In this document: one piece after another, positions 27,002 through 37,063 of the stretch
Layout of the letters: each line of letters begins with the position of its first letter
How positions within the stretch are numbered: the first letter of the stretch is position 1
Source: Calditrichia bacterium
GTDB lineage: Bacteria; Calditrichota; Calditrichia; RBG-13-44-9
Reading direction: 5' to 3'
Assembly: GCA_037381445.1 (NCBI GenBank)
Contig: JARRQT010000021.1
Span: 13,630-60,426, forward strand
Length of the DNA stretch: 46,797 bases
Program-made: the position numbers and the translations under genes
Notes under the pieces: model-generated
The model's database searches: none
What the model was told of the DNA's origin: nothing
What the model saw: only the letters and a program-made list of their open reading frames with translations

Positions 27002-28375
27002 TTATGATTGAGATGCCGGTTTGGGTTCAATAACAAGCACCGTTTGGTTGGTGGAACGCAGGTATTCCCTGGCAGTTTTCAGAATCAACTCGGGTGTAAC
27101 GGCCCTGAATTGCTTTTCCAGATTATTGATCTCGCCGGGATTATTATCAAACAGGGCAAAACACGCCATAAGATCTGCGCGGCCGAATCCGTATAATTCG
27201 CCAAGCGTTTGATAGAGACTTGCTCTCATCTTCACTTTTGCCCGCTCCAGCGTCGCCTTATCAATTTTCTGAGTACGAAGCTGCTCGATCACCTGATCAA
27301 CATCATGCATAATGGTATCCGGTGAAACATTGTTGTCGAAAAACAGGTAACCGGTCCAGAGCATGGGGCCATTGTAGTCAAACATATTTCCAAGCATGTT
27401 GATGCCGCCGTTCACCGACCCGGTCAGCCCCTTGTTCTGCACCAGTTCCTGATACAGCCGGCTGTCATTGCCCTGCAGCAGAATCTGGTCCAGCAGCCCC
27501 ATGGCATAATACTCAGGCGTATTCTTGGGCGGCACATGATAGGAAAAAGCCAGCGCCGGACGGTTGGCCAGCGGATCATCCTTGGTGAACCGCTTTGCTT
27601 CTTCCTGCCGGGGTTCACTGATGTCCGGTTTCTGCGGCTGAGGCACGGAAGGAATATCCCCAAAATACTTGGTGACCATCTGCAGCGCCGTTTCGGGTTC
27701 AATATCTCCCACGATGGTGACTACGGCATTATTGGGCGCATAGTAGGTATGGAAGAAATCCTTCACATCCTGCAGGGTGGCCGCTTCAATATCTTTCAGA
27801 TCGCCGTAAAAATTATGGGAATTATACCAGTTTTGATTGGCATACTGGGGCATGTCCAGCCAGGGGAATCCGCCGTAGGGCTGATTCAGCACATTGACTT
27901 TCACTTCATTGATCACCACGCCCTGCTGATTCTTCAGGTTCTCCTCGGTGATGTTAAGTCCGCGCATACGGTCCGCTTCGGCCCAGAGCGCTGTTTCAAG
28001 TTTATTTTCAGGAAGAATTTCGAAATAGTTTGTAAAATCGAAGCGGGTGGAACCGTTTAGAACTCCACCATTGCTTTGCACCAGTCGGATGAACTCCATT
28101 TTTCCCAGGTTGGTGGAACCCTGAAACATCATATGCTCAAACAGGTGAGCGAAACCAGTGCGGTCTTTCGGTTCAATACGAAATCCGATATTGTAATAAA
28201 CCGCGACTGTCACGATGGGTGCAGTATGATCCGGTGACAGCACAACTTTCAATCCGTTATTCAGTGTATGATATTCAACCGGAATCTGAAAAGCTGATGT
28301 TTTCTGCTTACCGCAGGAAAGCCACAGAACAGCAAAAACCATTAATAAGAAAAGCCCGGAAACAAGACGTCTCAT
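27002..28375 (-). CDS. M16B zinc peptidase, catalytic subunit (lipoprotein)
   Basis: GFAHLFEHMMFQGS and NGST. Lipobox-like WLSC. Confidence 0.9.
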   Translation of the reverse strand: MRRLVSGLFLLMVFAVLWLSCGKQKTSAFQIPVEYHTLNNGLKVVLSPDHTAPIVTVAVYYNIGFRIEPKDRTGFAHLFEHMMFQGSTNLGKMEFIRLVQSNGGVLNGSTRFDFTNYFEILPENKLETALWAEADRMRGLNITEENLKNQQGVVINEVKVNVLNQPYGGFPWLDMPQYANQNWYNSHNFYGDLKDIEAATLQDVKDFFHTYYAPNNAVVTIVGDIEPETALQMVTKYFGDIPSVPQPQKPDISEPRQEEAKRFTKDDPLANRPALAFSYHVPPKNTPEYYAMGLLDQILLQGNDSRLYQELVQNKGLTGSVNGGINMLGNMFDYNGPMLWTGYLFFDNNVSPDTIMHDVDQVIEQLRTQKIDKATLERAKVKMRASLYQTLGELYGFGRADLMACFALFDNNPGEINNLEKQFRAVTPELILKTAREYLRSTNQTVLVIEPKPASQS

Positions 28376-28595
28376 GGTACCTCCTCAAATAAGTAAGTAA
28401 TTAGAATAAATATATGACTTATGACTCGCAAAATAATGAACTGATAAGGTATTACAATATTTTAAAAAAGTCAAGCCTGCCGGGGGTGAAGTCCCAAAAA
28501 GTTTTCCTTAATTGGGAGGATGCTGGCGTTCTCTTTTGCTCAACTCAAGGTTTTGAGAAGGAGGGTAATTGCAGGATTTTTGCAGTAAATTTAAT

Positions 28596-29654
28596 TCAAT
28601 TGTCGAAATTGCCGGAATCCGGCGATTTGAAATCCAGGATCTCCCGGTATCCGATCCCCAATTTTTCCAGCCGGTACCTCAGTTTGCCCCGCTGAATTTT
28701 CAATAATCTGGCAGCCTGGCTCAGGTTCCCCCGGGACTTTTCCAGCGCACTCAGAATTAAATCCCGTTCAACTTCTTCCAGAGATAATCCTTGCGGAGGA
28801 ATTTCAAAACGATTAAACCCTGGTCGTCTTTTTTGGCTTTCTGCCTCTCTTCGGCTGGTCCTCCGGGTCCGCAGGCGAGCCAGGTCAAGTGAAAGGTGTT
28901 CCGCTTCAATCCAGTCGCCGCATTCCATCAACACCGCCCGTTCGATGGCATTTTTTAACTGCCGCACATTTCCCGCCCAGGGATATGTTTTTATGATATG
29001 GACCGCCGAAGGCGCCAGTCCTTTCACACGACGCCCATACTGCTGATTAAGCGAATCAATGAAATGGCGGGCAATGAGAATCACATCCTCCTCCCGCTCC
29101 CGCAGCGGCGGCATTCTTATTTCATATATGTTCAGGCGGTAGTATAGATCTGCACGGAATTTTCCCATCCTCACTGCCTCGTAAAGGTCAATGTTGGTGG
29201 CGGCGATGATCCGCGTCGATACAGTTACTTCATCCACTCCGCCAATGCGGCGGAATTTTTTGTTTTCAGTGACTTTCAATAATTTTGCCTGAAAATTTGA
29301 AGTCGTATTTCCGATTTCATCCAAAAAAATAGTGCCGCCATTGGCCAGTTCGAACAAACCCGGTTTGCTCGCATATGCCCCGGTGAAAGCCCCTTTTTCA
29401 TAACCGAACAGCTCGGATTCAAGCAATGATTCCGGAATGGCAGCGCAATTGATGTCAATAAACGGTTGATGCGAAAAATTGCTGAGGTTGTGAATGAGGC
29501 GGGCAATCAGTTCCTTGCCGGTACCACTTTCGCCCGTGATCAGCGTGGTGAGGGAACTGCTTCTGGCCGATTTGCGGGCCTGCTCAACCACCTCCCTGAT
29601 TTTGGGAGATTTACCGATAATGGTTGCTTCAAATTTATTGACTTCCCCGCCCAC
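28596..29654 (-). CDS. Sigma54-dependent activator (AAA+ plus Fis HTH) lacking an N-terminal sensory domain
   Basis: GESGTGKE, ELFGYEKGAFTGA, FLDEIG, WAGNVRQL and a C-terminal HTH. An in-frame TAA lies 6 codons upstream of the GTG start. Confidence 0.9.
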   Translation of the reverse strand: MGGEVNKFEATIIGKSPKIREVVEQARKSARSSSLTTLITGESGTGKELIARLIHNLSNFSHQPFIDINCAAIPESLLESELFGYEKGAFTGAYASKPGLFELANGGTIFLDEIGNTTSNFQAKLLKVTENKKFRRIGGVDEVTVSTRIIAATNIDLYEAVRMGKFRADLYYRLNIYEIRMPPLREREEDVILIARHFIDSLNQQYGRRVKGLAPSAVHIIKTYPWAGNVRQLKNAIERAVLMECGDWIEAEHLSLDLARLRTRRTSRREAESQKRRPGFNRFEIPPQGLSLEEVERDLILSALEKSRGNLSQAARLLKIQRGKLRYRLEKLGIGYREILDFKSPDSGNFDN

Positions 29655-29778
29655 AGTCTGTCTCTCTTGTTAATTGCCTGACACTATGTTTGAGACATTT
29701 TCATCTTTCCTGGCAGCCCTTTCCGGCCATTACAGCAGTCAAGCGGACAAATACTTTCAATTTCCCTGTATCTGCATT

Positions 29779-30975
29779 TCAGGCGTCCGCCTTCACTTCC
29801 AGGGCCACCATTGTTATGTCATCTTCATACTGCTTTTTGCCGCACCAAACGGAAAGATCATCCATTATTCCGTGAAGGGTGGAAGATAATTGCTGATCTT
29901 TTTTATGATGCAAGGCTTGAATCAGGCGATCTTTGCCGTACATTTCTCCGCCTCTCCTCCGTGCCTCAACGACGCCATCGGAATACAGAATAATCCGATC
30001 TCCACCTTGCAAACCGATCACTTTTTCTTCATATCCCGGCTCTTCATTGAAGCCGATGGGAAAAGAAGGAAATTCGATAATTTTTGGTTCCCTGCGGAAT
30101 GGCAGGTACAGCAGATCCGGTTGGCCCGCCGATACGTAACGGAATTCCAGATTTTTAAGATTCAAGACACCATAAAGCATGGTAAAGAACTGCCCGGTCT
30201 CGGGATTCACGGGAAACAACCGGTTTAGCTTTCCCGCAACCGCCGCAGGGGGAACAATCTGCAGATCGCCTGTTTTGTGGTCCTTTTTCAACAGCAGGCC
30301 GGATTGCTGAAAATTTGGAGAGAGCATTCGGCTCAGCATCACCGACCAGAGAGATGCGGCCACACCGTGTCCGCTGACATCGATGACGTAAATGCCGAGA
30401 TGATCTTCATCCAATTTGAAAACATTAAAAATGTCACCGGCCAACTGATCGCAAGGCTGAAAATACCAGGCAGAACGCACACCATTGGCCTCCGGCGGAA
30501 TAGCTGGCAGCAGAGATTTCTGAATTTTTGCAGCCGCATCCAGGTCCCGGTGCATTCTCAGATTTGCCTCTTCCAGCGCAATATTCCTGAGTTCGAGGTC
30601 CTTTTCGAGTTCCACAATTCTTTCGCCGGCCCGCAGGCGCACCCGGAATTCGTCAGGATCGAACGGCTTGGTAATAAAATCATCCGCGCCCGCATCCATC
30701 CCCTGAATCAGGTCCGCTTTGGCCAGTTTCGCGGTCAGTAGTATAATGTAGGTATATCCGGTGTTCTGGAGCCCGCGAATTCTGCGGGTCAGTTCCAGAC
30801 CATCCATTCCCGGCATCATCCAATCGCTGATCACAATCGGATAATTTCCTTTCTGAAACTCCTGCCAGGCCACCAGGCCATCCGGCGCTGCAGTTACTTC
30901 ATGATCCCATTTCTCCAGGCGTCTTTGCAGCAGCTTGCGGGAAATGGCATCATCTTCAACAATCAGGATTCGCAT
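29779..30975 (-). CDS. Response regulator: REC + PP2C/SpoIIE phosphatase (RsbU/RsbY-like)
   Basis: REC motifs VEDD, SDWMMP and ITKPF, a coiled coil, then PP2C motifs AGDIF, DVSGHG, YSDG, DDIT. Overlaps the kinase stop by 13 nt. Confidence 0.92.
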   Translation of the reverse strand: MRILIVEDDAISRKLLQRRLEKWDHEVTAAPDGLVAWQEFQKGNYPIVISDWMMPGMDGLELTRRIRGLQNTGYTYIILLTAKLAKADLIQGMDAGADDFITKPFDPDEFRVRLRAGERIVELEKDLELRNIALEEANLRMHRDLDAAAKIQKSLLPAIPPEANGVRSAWYFQPCDQLAGDIFNVFKLDEDHLGIYVIDVSGHGVAASLWSVMLSRMLSPNFQQSGLLLKKDHKTGDLQIVPPAAVAGKLNRLFPVNPETGQFFTMLYGVLNLKNLEFRYVSAGQPDLLYLPFRREPKIIEFPSFPIGFNEEPGYEEKVIGLQGGDRIILYSDGVVEARRRGGEMYGKDRLIQALHHKKDQQLSSTLHGIMDDLSVWCGKKQYEDDITMVALEVKADA

Positions 30976-33900
30976 GAAGCCCCTTCGGTGACAATTCTCT
31001 GCAGCTCGGCATTGACTTCATCAACCTGCGCTTTCAGCCTCTCAAAAACCGAAGCGGCATTTTCAGCTTCTTTCTTCCGGCCCATCAATTCCAGTTCATG
31101 GGCCGTTTCGAATGCCTGTTTTCCCGAAAAATTGCCCATGGCCCCTTTTAAGCTGTGTGCGGAACGCTCCAGCAGCTCAATATCCCCCTCACGAATCGCT
31201 TTTCCAATGTCATCGATCATTTGCTGGTAAGAATCATTGAACATCTCCACCAGTTCGCCCAGTAGTTCCCAGTCACCTTCCATGCGGTCAATCAACTCCT
31301 GTTTGTCAACCACAAGAACTTTTTCCAATTTTTCCTCTTTCTGCTGTTGGTTGTCCTCTGTTTTGGTTTCTTTCAAGACAAGGCTCTCCAGAACCTTGCG
31401 TAATTCATCGGCTTTTATCGGTTTGGAGAGGTAATCATCCATGCCGGCATTCAGACATCTCTGCTGGTCTTCTTTCATGGCGTGGGCAGTCAATGCCACA
31501 ATGTTCAAATGGCTGCCATCCTCTTTTTCTTTTTCGCGAATACGGCTGGTTGCCTCAAATCCGTCCATTTCAGGCATCTGAATATCCATTAAAATCAGAT
31601 CGAAAGGTTTCTTATTTTTCGGTTCATCCAACTGCGCGAGCACTTCCCTGCCATTATTTGCCACTTTCACCTCATGCCCCATTTTTTGCAGCATGCGCAT
31701 GGAGACAACCTGGTTCACCGGATTATCTTCCGCCAAAAGGATATTAAGTTTATGTTTACCTTCCCGCAGGGTGTGTTTGGTAATCAGACGTCTTTGCCTT
31801 TCCGCGTTCTCGGCATCACCCATAACCGTCAGAATCGTATCGAAAAGTCCGCTCTGCTTGACCGGTTTGGTCAGGTAGGCGGCCAGACCCAGTTCCCTGC
31901 TTTTTGCCGCATCGCCGCGAAGGCCGGCCGAGGTGAGCATGACAACCGGAATATGAGCAAGTGCGGGCTGGCTCTTTATCCTCTCCGCCAGCATGAATCC
32001 ATCCATATTGGGCATCTGCATGTCCAGAATAATCAGACTGACCGGATTCCCATCCGGCTGTCCCTTAGCCAGAATCTCCAATGCCTCTTCCCCGCCTTCC
32101 GCAAGAATCGGCTTCATTCCCCAGTTGATCAGTATTTCTTTCAGGATTCTCCGGTTGGTATTATTGTCGTCCACCACCAGCACGGGCATACCGGTCAACA
32201 GCTCGGAATCATAGACAGGCTTCTCAACCACCGGATTTTCCTGCACGTCAAACCAGGCGGTGAAATGGAATATGCTGCCCGGGGTTCCATACTGGCTCAG
32301 CTTTCCGTTTGTGGGACTCTCCACCCAGATCTTCCCGCCCATCATGTTGACAAGCTGGGATGCAATGGCCAGTCCAAGGCCAGTACCGCCAAACTGCCGG
32401 GTAGTTGAGCTGTCGGCCTGGGTGAAGGCATCAAAAATGCGTTTCTGCTTTTCCGGCGGTATCCCGATGCCGGAATCCTGAATGGAGAAATGCAGGCAGA
32501 CTTTGCTTTCTTCTTCCGCTTCTTTTTTAACCCAGACAACAACTTCGCCCGCCTCGGTGAATTTAATGGCATTGCCCACCAGGTTGACAATGATCTGCCG
32601 CACCCTGCCCACATCACCGACCAGATAGTTGGGAGCGTCCGGCAGCACATAATAGGCAAGTTCCAGTTTTTTCTGATGTGCACGGAAAGCCAGCGTATTG
32701 AGAATTTCGCCGATACTGTCCCGCAAATTAAAATCAATGGGATCCAATTCCAGGCGTCCCGCCTCGATCTTTGAGAAATCCAGAATATCATTGATGATGG
32801 AAAGCAATGCATCCGCGGAGCTGGTAATCATCTCCATATACTCGCGCTGTTCGGGAAGCAGCTTTGTATCCATGAGCAATTCCGCCATGCCGATAATTCC
32901 ATTCATAGGCGTGCGGATTTCATGGCTCATATTGGCCAGGAATTCGCTTTTCGCAGCACTGGCCATTTCCGCCTGCAGGGCCATCTCCTTGGCAAAAATA
33001 GTGGTCTTTTCAAGATGCTGATTCATGTCAGTCAGTTCACGATTGATTCTCTCAGCTTCTTCCTTGGCTTTGCGGAGCTCCTCCTCCGCCTGCTTGCGCT
33101 CGGTAATGTCCCGATAAATTCCATAAACGGCAAGCTGCCCGCTTCCAAATTTGATGGGCGCCCCTAAAATTGAAACATGGACGATACCGCCGTCTTTCCG
33201 CTGGCGGCAGGCATCAGTCATAACAGTCTCGCCCTTGGTTACCGCTTTGGTCAGCGATAGCCCTTCGTCCCGCATGTCTTTCGGAACAATCAGTTCATTT
33301 ATCGGGTGGGAAAGCGCCTCTTCAGCGGTGTAGCCGAACATTTTGGTAAATTCACTGTTTACCCTGAGAACGCGGTCATCATTATCCAGCAAGACAATCG
33401 CCTCCGGCGCATTTTCAAAAAGCTGATCAAGGTAAGCGGTCTGTATTTTCAGCTCTTCTTCAATATTTTTTTGCTCCGTGATATCTTCGAAGCTCTCAAT
33501 TCCTCCGACAATTTCTCCTTTTGCGTTCGAGATGGTATCGGCATTTTTTATGATGATCCGCATTTCACCATCTTTTCTGCGAACCTGGCATTCCTTCTTG
33601 CGCAGCAGTTTTTCCGTGCTGTCAGAAAACAGACCGCAGGTATCAAGGCAGGAGCCGAGGGCAAATTTTGTGCACGGTTCACCAATCAGTTCATCGGCAT
33701 CATAGCCAAGTATCTCGGCGGCCCTCTGGTTAATGCTGGTTACTATTCTTTGCGTATCGACGGTAAAGATTGCACTGGGGACAACACGATACAGCAACTC
33801 CGCTTCCTCTTTTGCCTGAACCAGCGCCTGTTCGGCGTGCTTTTGCTCCGTAACATCCGTGAGGGCCACTTCGCTGCGGATCAGGTCTCCCTGTTCATCA

Positions 33901-36557
33901 AGCTCCACGTAGGCGGAAACCAGCACATCCATTAACTCGCCATTTTTCCTGACGACTTGCAGGGCCGCGTTACTGATATAGCCGTTTTCCCGGAATTTCG
34001 GGAGCACATATTTTGCTGCATATTCTTTTGACGATTCCGAAAACAGGATGAGCGGACTTTTTCCAAGAAGTTCATCCCGGGCATACCCCAGACTGTTGAC
34101 CAGGAAATCATTCACATCCATTATTTTTTCATTGCCATCAATGGAGAAAAGCAGCGAAGGGGTTTTATTATACAGGGAGGTATAGCGGTGTTCACTTTTT
34201 TCGAGCGCTTCTTCTGCCTTCCTGCGCGATTCGCGGGTTTTATAATACAGATAAACGCCCAATCCAAGCCCGGCCACAACCAGGAAATAGGCGAACACTG
34301 CCCAGCCGGCCAGATACCACGGTTTTAGGATAGTAAAAGAATAGGAGGCAGGTTCGCTCCACACATGGTTGTTTTGGAGGGCGCGCACCTGGAATGTATA
34401 GTCGCCGGCTTTCAAGTTAGAGATGACCTGCTTGTTTTGCGCGGAAGGCGATGACCATTCCGGATGAACGCCCACTACCCTGGTTTGATAAATCAGCTTT
34501 TCAACCGGAAAGGAAAGCGACTGAAATGAAAATTCCAATACGGAACCGGACGGATAGAATGTTTCTCCTTCTGCCATAAATGATTCGTATTCACCATTAT
34601 GCTTTAGGGAAGTCAGCCGCGGCGTTCGCGAGGGCCCGGTCCCGGATGAATTATCATCCCGATATGCCAGGCCCTGAGCGGTCCCCGCCCAGATGCCCTC
34701 ACCGGCATCCACGGCCACATTCCGGAAGGTAACCGTGAGATTCTGCAGACCATCGGTTTTATCGTAATGGAATATCCTGTCGCCGGAAAACATATACAAC
34801 CCCACATCCGTACCGACCCAGATCTGATTCAGGGAATCAATGGCAACCGATTTAACGATGACGCCCTTCAGGGATTCAACCTCTTTTGGAATGGAGACCA
34901 CCTCGTTCTGGTAGTAAAGCAGCCCCAGATTGGAAGCCAGCCATAAATTCCCGGAATCTGCAATTTCAAGGTCGTATATTTCAACGGCAGAGGATACTTC
35001 CAAAGGAAGCGGAACACTGCAATTGACGAAAGAATCCGCATCCGCCGAATACCGGTAAAGATAGTCCTGGTTTCCGGTCCCGCCTACCCATATCTGACGA
35101 TTCTTGCCTTCCTTTACCACGAAGAGACGGGTGGTAATTCCCTGCCCGGCAGCATAAGATTTTACCTGATATCCCGCATCGACCCGGTAAAGCCCCTGCC
35201 GCCCGTCCTGGATCGCCCACAGTTGGCTTTTATGGTCCAGCATTACATAGGTAATCAGATTGGTTGATGTCGGGGGCAGGAAGACCCTGTTGAGCAGCCT
35301 GCTTCCTTGGTAATGTTCGATATATCCATCCTGGTAACCGATCCAGATTTCGCCGTTATTCCCTGCCAGCGACAGTTTCAGGCTGCCGGATTTTTTGATG
35401 ATTTCACGGGCAAAGTATTTGTCCCGGTTCTTTCTGATTTTGTAGACAGAATATCCGTCCGAAGCGCACAACGTCCCGTCAGCCAGCGGCAGAATAGATT
35501 GAATGTAAGTTTCATCATTCCCCAGCCGGAGTGAGCGGAAAGACGGAGCCTGAATAAACCCGAAACCCTCATCGGAACTGAACCACAGGGTGCCGTCGGA
35601 ATTCCGCGACAGGTGCTTTATGGAATGGAACGGTATTTCGGATAATTTCTTTAGCTGGTTCGCCTTCTGACCGCTGGGAAGGATAAATAGTCCGCCAACC
35701 AGGGTGCCGATGAAAACATCTTCTTTTTCATCCTCCCAAAAACTGGCAACCGATTTCAAAGGTGCTATTCGCCCTAATGTTGCTTTTTCCCAGTCGGAAT
35801 TTGGCTGCAGCCGGACGATGCCGTATTCGCCGCCGAACCAGATCTCGCCGTTCCTGCGCTGCAGCACCGCGTCGATACTGAATCCCGCGGGTTTCCCCTG
35901 CAGTTTGACCGGGGAAAATTGGTCGGATGCTTCATCATATTTGAACAAATAACCGCCCTGCGAAGCGGCAAAGAAAACGCCCTGGTTATTCTGAAAAAAT
36001 TGGAATGAGCGGTCATAGCGGTTTGAATCATATTTTTTCTCAAAGGGGTAACGTTTTAAATGGCCTTCCCGGAATTTCACGACTGCATTCGGTTCGCTGA
36101 ACCAATAATTCCCTGCTTTATCGAAGAACAGGCTTTTGGGATAAAACAAGGTGCTGTCGGTGGGAATCGTGCTGCCGTTGAGCAGAGGGATTATGCGATA
36201 TTCACTCTGCAGTCGGGTAATCCGGTAAGCTCCCATGTCTGTCACAGCCACTATTTTCCCGTCGGGTGCTTCCACCAGATCCTTTACATAGCGACTGGCC
36301 AGTTGATCGGTAAAAGGGCAGAATTGGCGGCCGTCAAAACCGTATAAACCCGCATCCGTTCCAACCCAGACATATCCCGAGGAATCCTGGAAGACAGCTT
36401 TTGTCATATTGGTGGGCAGCCCGTCCTGGGTACCATAGGTCCTGACGAGCATATTTGAAGCAGCCGATCGACCAAAAATCACAAAAATTAAGAGTAGGAC
36501 AAAACAAATAGCATGTAAAACTTTCTTTGAGAAAGAGGTTGATAAGGTATGCTGCAT
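30963..36557 (-). CDS. Hybrid sensor histidine kinase: periplasmic beta-propellers + Y_Y_Y + TM + 3 PAS + HisKA/HATPase + 2 REC + HPt
   Basis: Reg_prop-like repeats (DSSGYVWVGT), GDYTFQVRA, FLANMSHEIRTPMNG, GGTGLGL, LDMQMP and MDIQMP, AHSLKGA. Confidence 0.93.
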   Translation of the reverse strand: MQHTLSTSFSKKVLHAICFVLLLIFVIFGRSAASNMLVRTYGTQDGLPTNMTKAVFQDSSGYVWVGTDAGLYGFDGRQFCPFTDQLASRYVKDLVEAPDGKIVAVTDMGAYRITRLQSEYRIIPLLNGSTIPTDSTLFYPKSLFFDKAGNYWFSEPNAVVKFREGHLKRYPFEKKYDSNRYDRSFQFFQNNQGVFFAASQGGYLFKYDEASDQFSPVKLQGKPAGFSIDAVLQRRNGEIWFGGEYGIVRLQPNSDWEKATLGRIAPLKSVASFWEDEKEDVFIGTLVGGLFILPSGQKANQLKKLSEIPFHSIKHLSRNSDGTLWFSSDEGFGFIQAPSFRSLRLGNDETYIQSILPLADGTLCASDGYSVYKIRKNRDKYFAREIIKKSGSLKLSLAGNNGEIWIGYQDGYIEHYQGSRLLNRVFLPPTSTNLITYVMLDHKSQLWAIQDGRQGLYRVDAGYQVKSYAAGQGITTRLFVVKEGKNRQIWVGGTGNQDYLYRYSADADSFVNCSVPLPLEVSSAVEIYDLEIADSGNLWLASNLGLLYYQNEVVSIPKEVESLKGVIVKSVAIDSLNQIWVGTDVGLYMFSGDRIFHYDKTDGLQNLTVTFRNVAVDAGEGIWAGTAQGLAYRDDNSSGTGPSRTPRLTSLKHNGEYESFMAEGETFYPSGSVLEFSFQSLSFPVEKLIYQTRVVGVHPEWSSPSAQNKQVISNLKAGDYTFQVRALQNNHVWSEPASYSFTILKPWYLAGWAVFAYFLVVAGLGLGVYLYYKTRESRRKAEEALEKSEHRYTSLYNKTPSLLFSIDGNEKIMDVNDFLVNSLGYARDELLGKSPLILFSESSKEYAAKYVLPKFRENGYISNAALQVVRKNGELMDVLVSAYVELDEQGDLIRSEVALTDVTEQKHAEQALVQAKEEAELLYRVVPSAIFTVDTQRIVTSINQRAAEILGYDADELIGEPCTKFALGSCLDTCGLFSDSTEKLLRKKECQVRRKDGEMRIIIKNADTISNAKGEIVGGIESFEDITEQKNIEEELKIQTAYLDQLFENAPEAIVLLDNDDRVLRVNSEFTKMFGYTAEEALSHPINELIVPKDMRDEGLSLTKAVTKGETVMTDACRQRKDGGIVHVSILGAPIKFGSGQLAVYGIYRDITERKQAEEELRKAKEEAERINRELTDMNQHLEKTTIFAKEMALQAEMASAAKSEFLANMSHEIRTPMNGIIGMAELLMDTKLLPEQREYMEMITSSADALLSIINDILDFSKIEAGRLELDPIDFNLRDSIGEILNTLAFRAHQKKLELAYYVLPDAPNYLVGDVGRVRQIIVNLVGNAIKFTEAGEVVVWVKKEAEEESKVCLHFSIQDSGIGIPPEKQKRIFDAFTQADSSTTRQFGGTGLGLAIASQLVNMMGGKIWVESPTNGKLSQYGTPGSIFHFTAWFDVQENPVVEKPVYDSELLTGMPVLVVDDNNTNRRILKEILINWGMKPILAEGGEEALEILAKGQPDGNPVSLIILDMQMPNMDGFMLAERIKSQPALAHIPVVMLTSAGLRGDAAKSRELGLAAYLTKPVKQSGLFDTILTVMGDAENAERQRRLITKHTLREGKHKLNILLAEDNPVNQVVSMRMLQKMGHEVKVANNGREVLAQLDEPKNKKPFDLILMDIQMPEMDGFEATSRIREKEKEDGSHLNIVALTAHAMKEDQQRCLNAGMDDYLSKPIKADELRKVLESLVLKETKTEDNQQQKEEKLEKVLVVDKQELIDRMEGDWELLGELVEMFNDSYQQMIDDIGKAIREGDIELLERSAHSLKGAMGNFSGKQAFETAHELELMGRKKEAENAASVFERLKAQVDEVNAELQRIVTEGASCES

Positions 36558-37063
36558 TTAAAGGATTCCTTTCCTTTTAAACCTTATATTTTTTTGTTCT
36601 GCAATACAATTGACCAGCAACAAAGTGAAAATACACAGGTCCGGACCGGCATGTCACAAATAAGACAACAGCCGGACAAAGAAAACCCGGCAAATATTAC
36701 CATCGACATTTCACTCCAATCCTTTACCATAAAGTCAAAAATAATAAACAGTCATCGCGGTTTTGATAAAATGAATGTCGGCGTCTTCAGAAACAGGCAG
36801 CATATTATTCTGTTCTTATTACACATGGATAGGGGACCTGATTTTTATCAGGTTTGCGGAGGGAGCGATGATTGTCGCCGGTCAGCTCCAGCCCGGACTC
36901 AAATAAAAATAAAATTGTTGAAAACCTTTGCCCTGCAACGGAGTAGATAGAAGTCCCTAAAACGAAAGGAAAACAGAAACACAGTCAATTCAAGGCTTTA
37001 AAACTTCACTTGAGCTGTTTCGTGAAGTTCCTTATATTTTTGTTTTATTAAGACTGAAAACGT

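Noticed and set aside
36600..36667. Sigma54-like TGGTCAATTGTATTGCA and a TGT-N10-ACA dyad upstream of the hybrid kinase
   Set aside because: GG-to-GC spacing is 11 nt rather than the strict 10, and the dyad alone is too weak
36810..36880. TTCTTATT..GGGGACCTG resembling the start of a SAM-I riboswitch, with hairpin acctgat-tttt-atcaggt
   Set aside because: Lacks the SAM-I core (ATCAAGAG, GCAACC, GTGC, P1 closure), and the flanking genes are unrelated to methionine
36549..36950. 133-aa ORF in the kinase-lptF intergenic region
   Set aside because: No RBS or recognisable motif, and it overlaps the kinase start and promoter region
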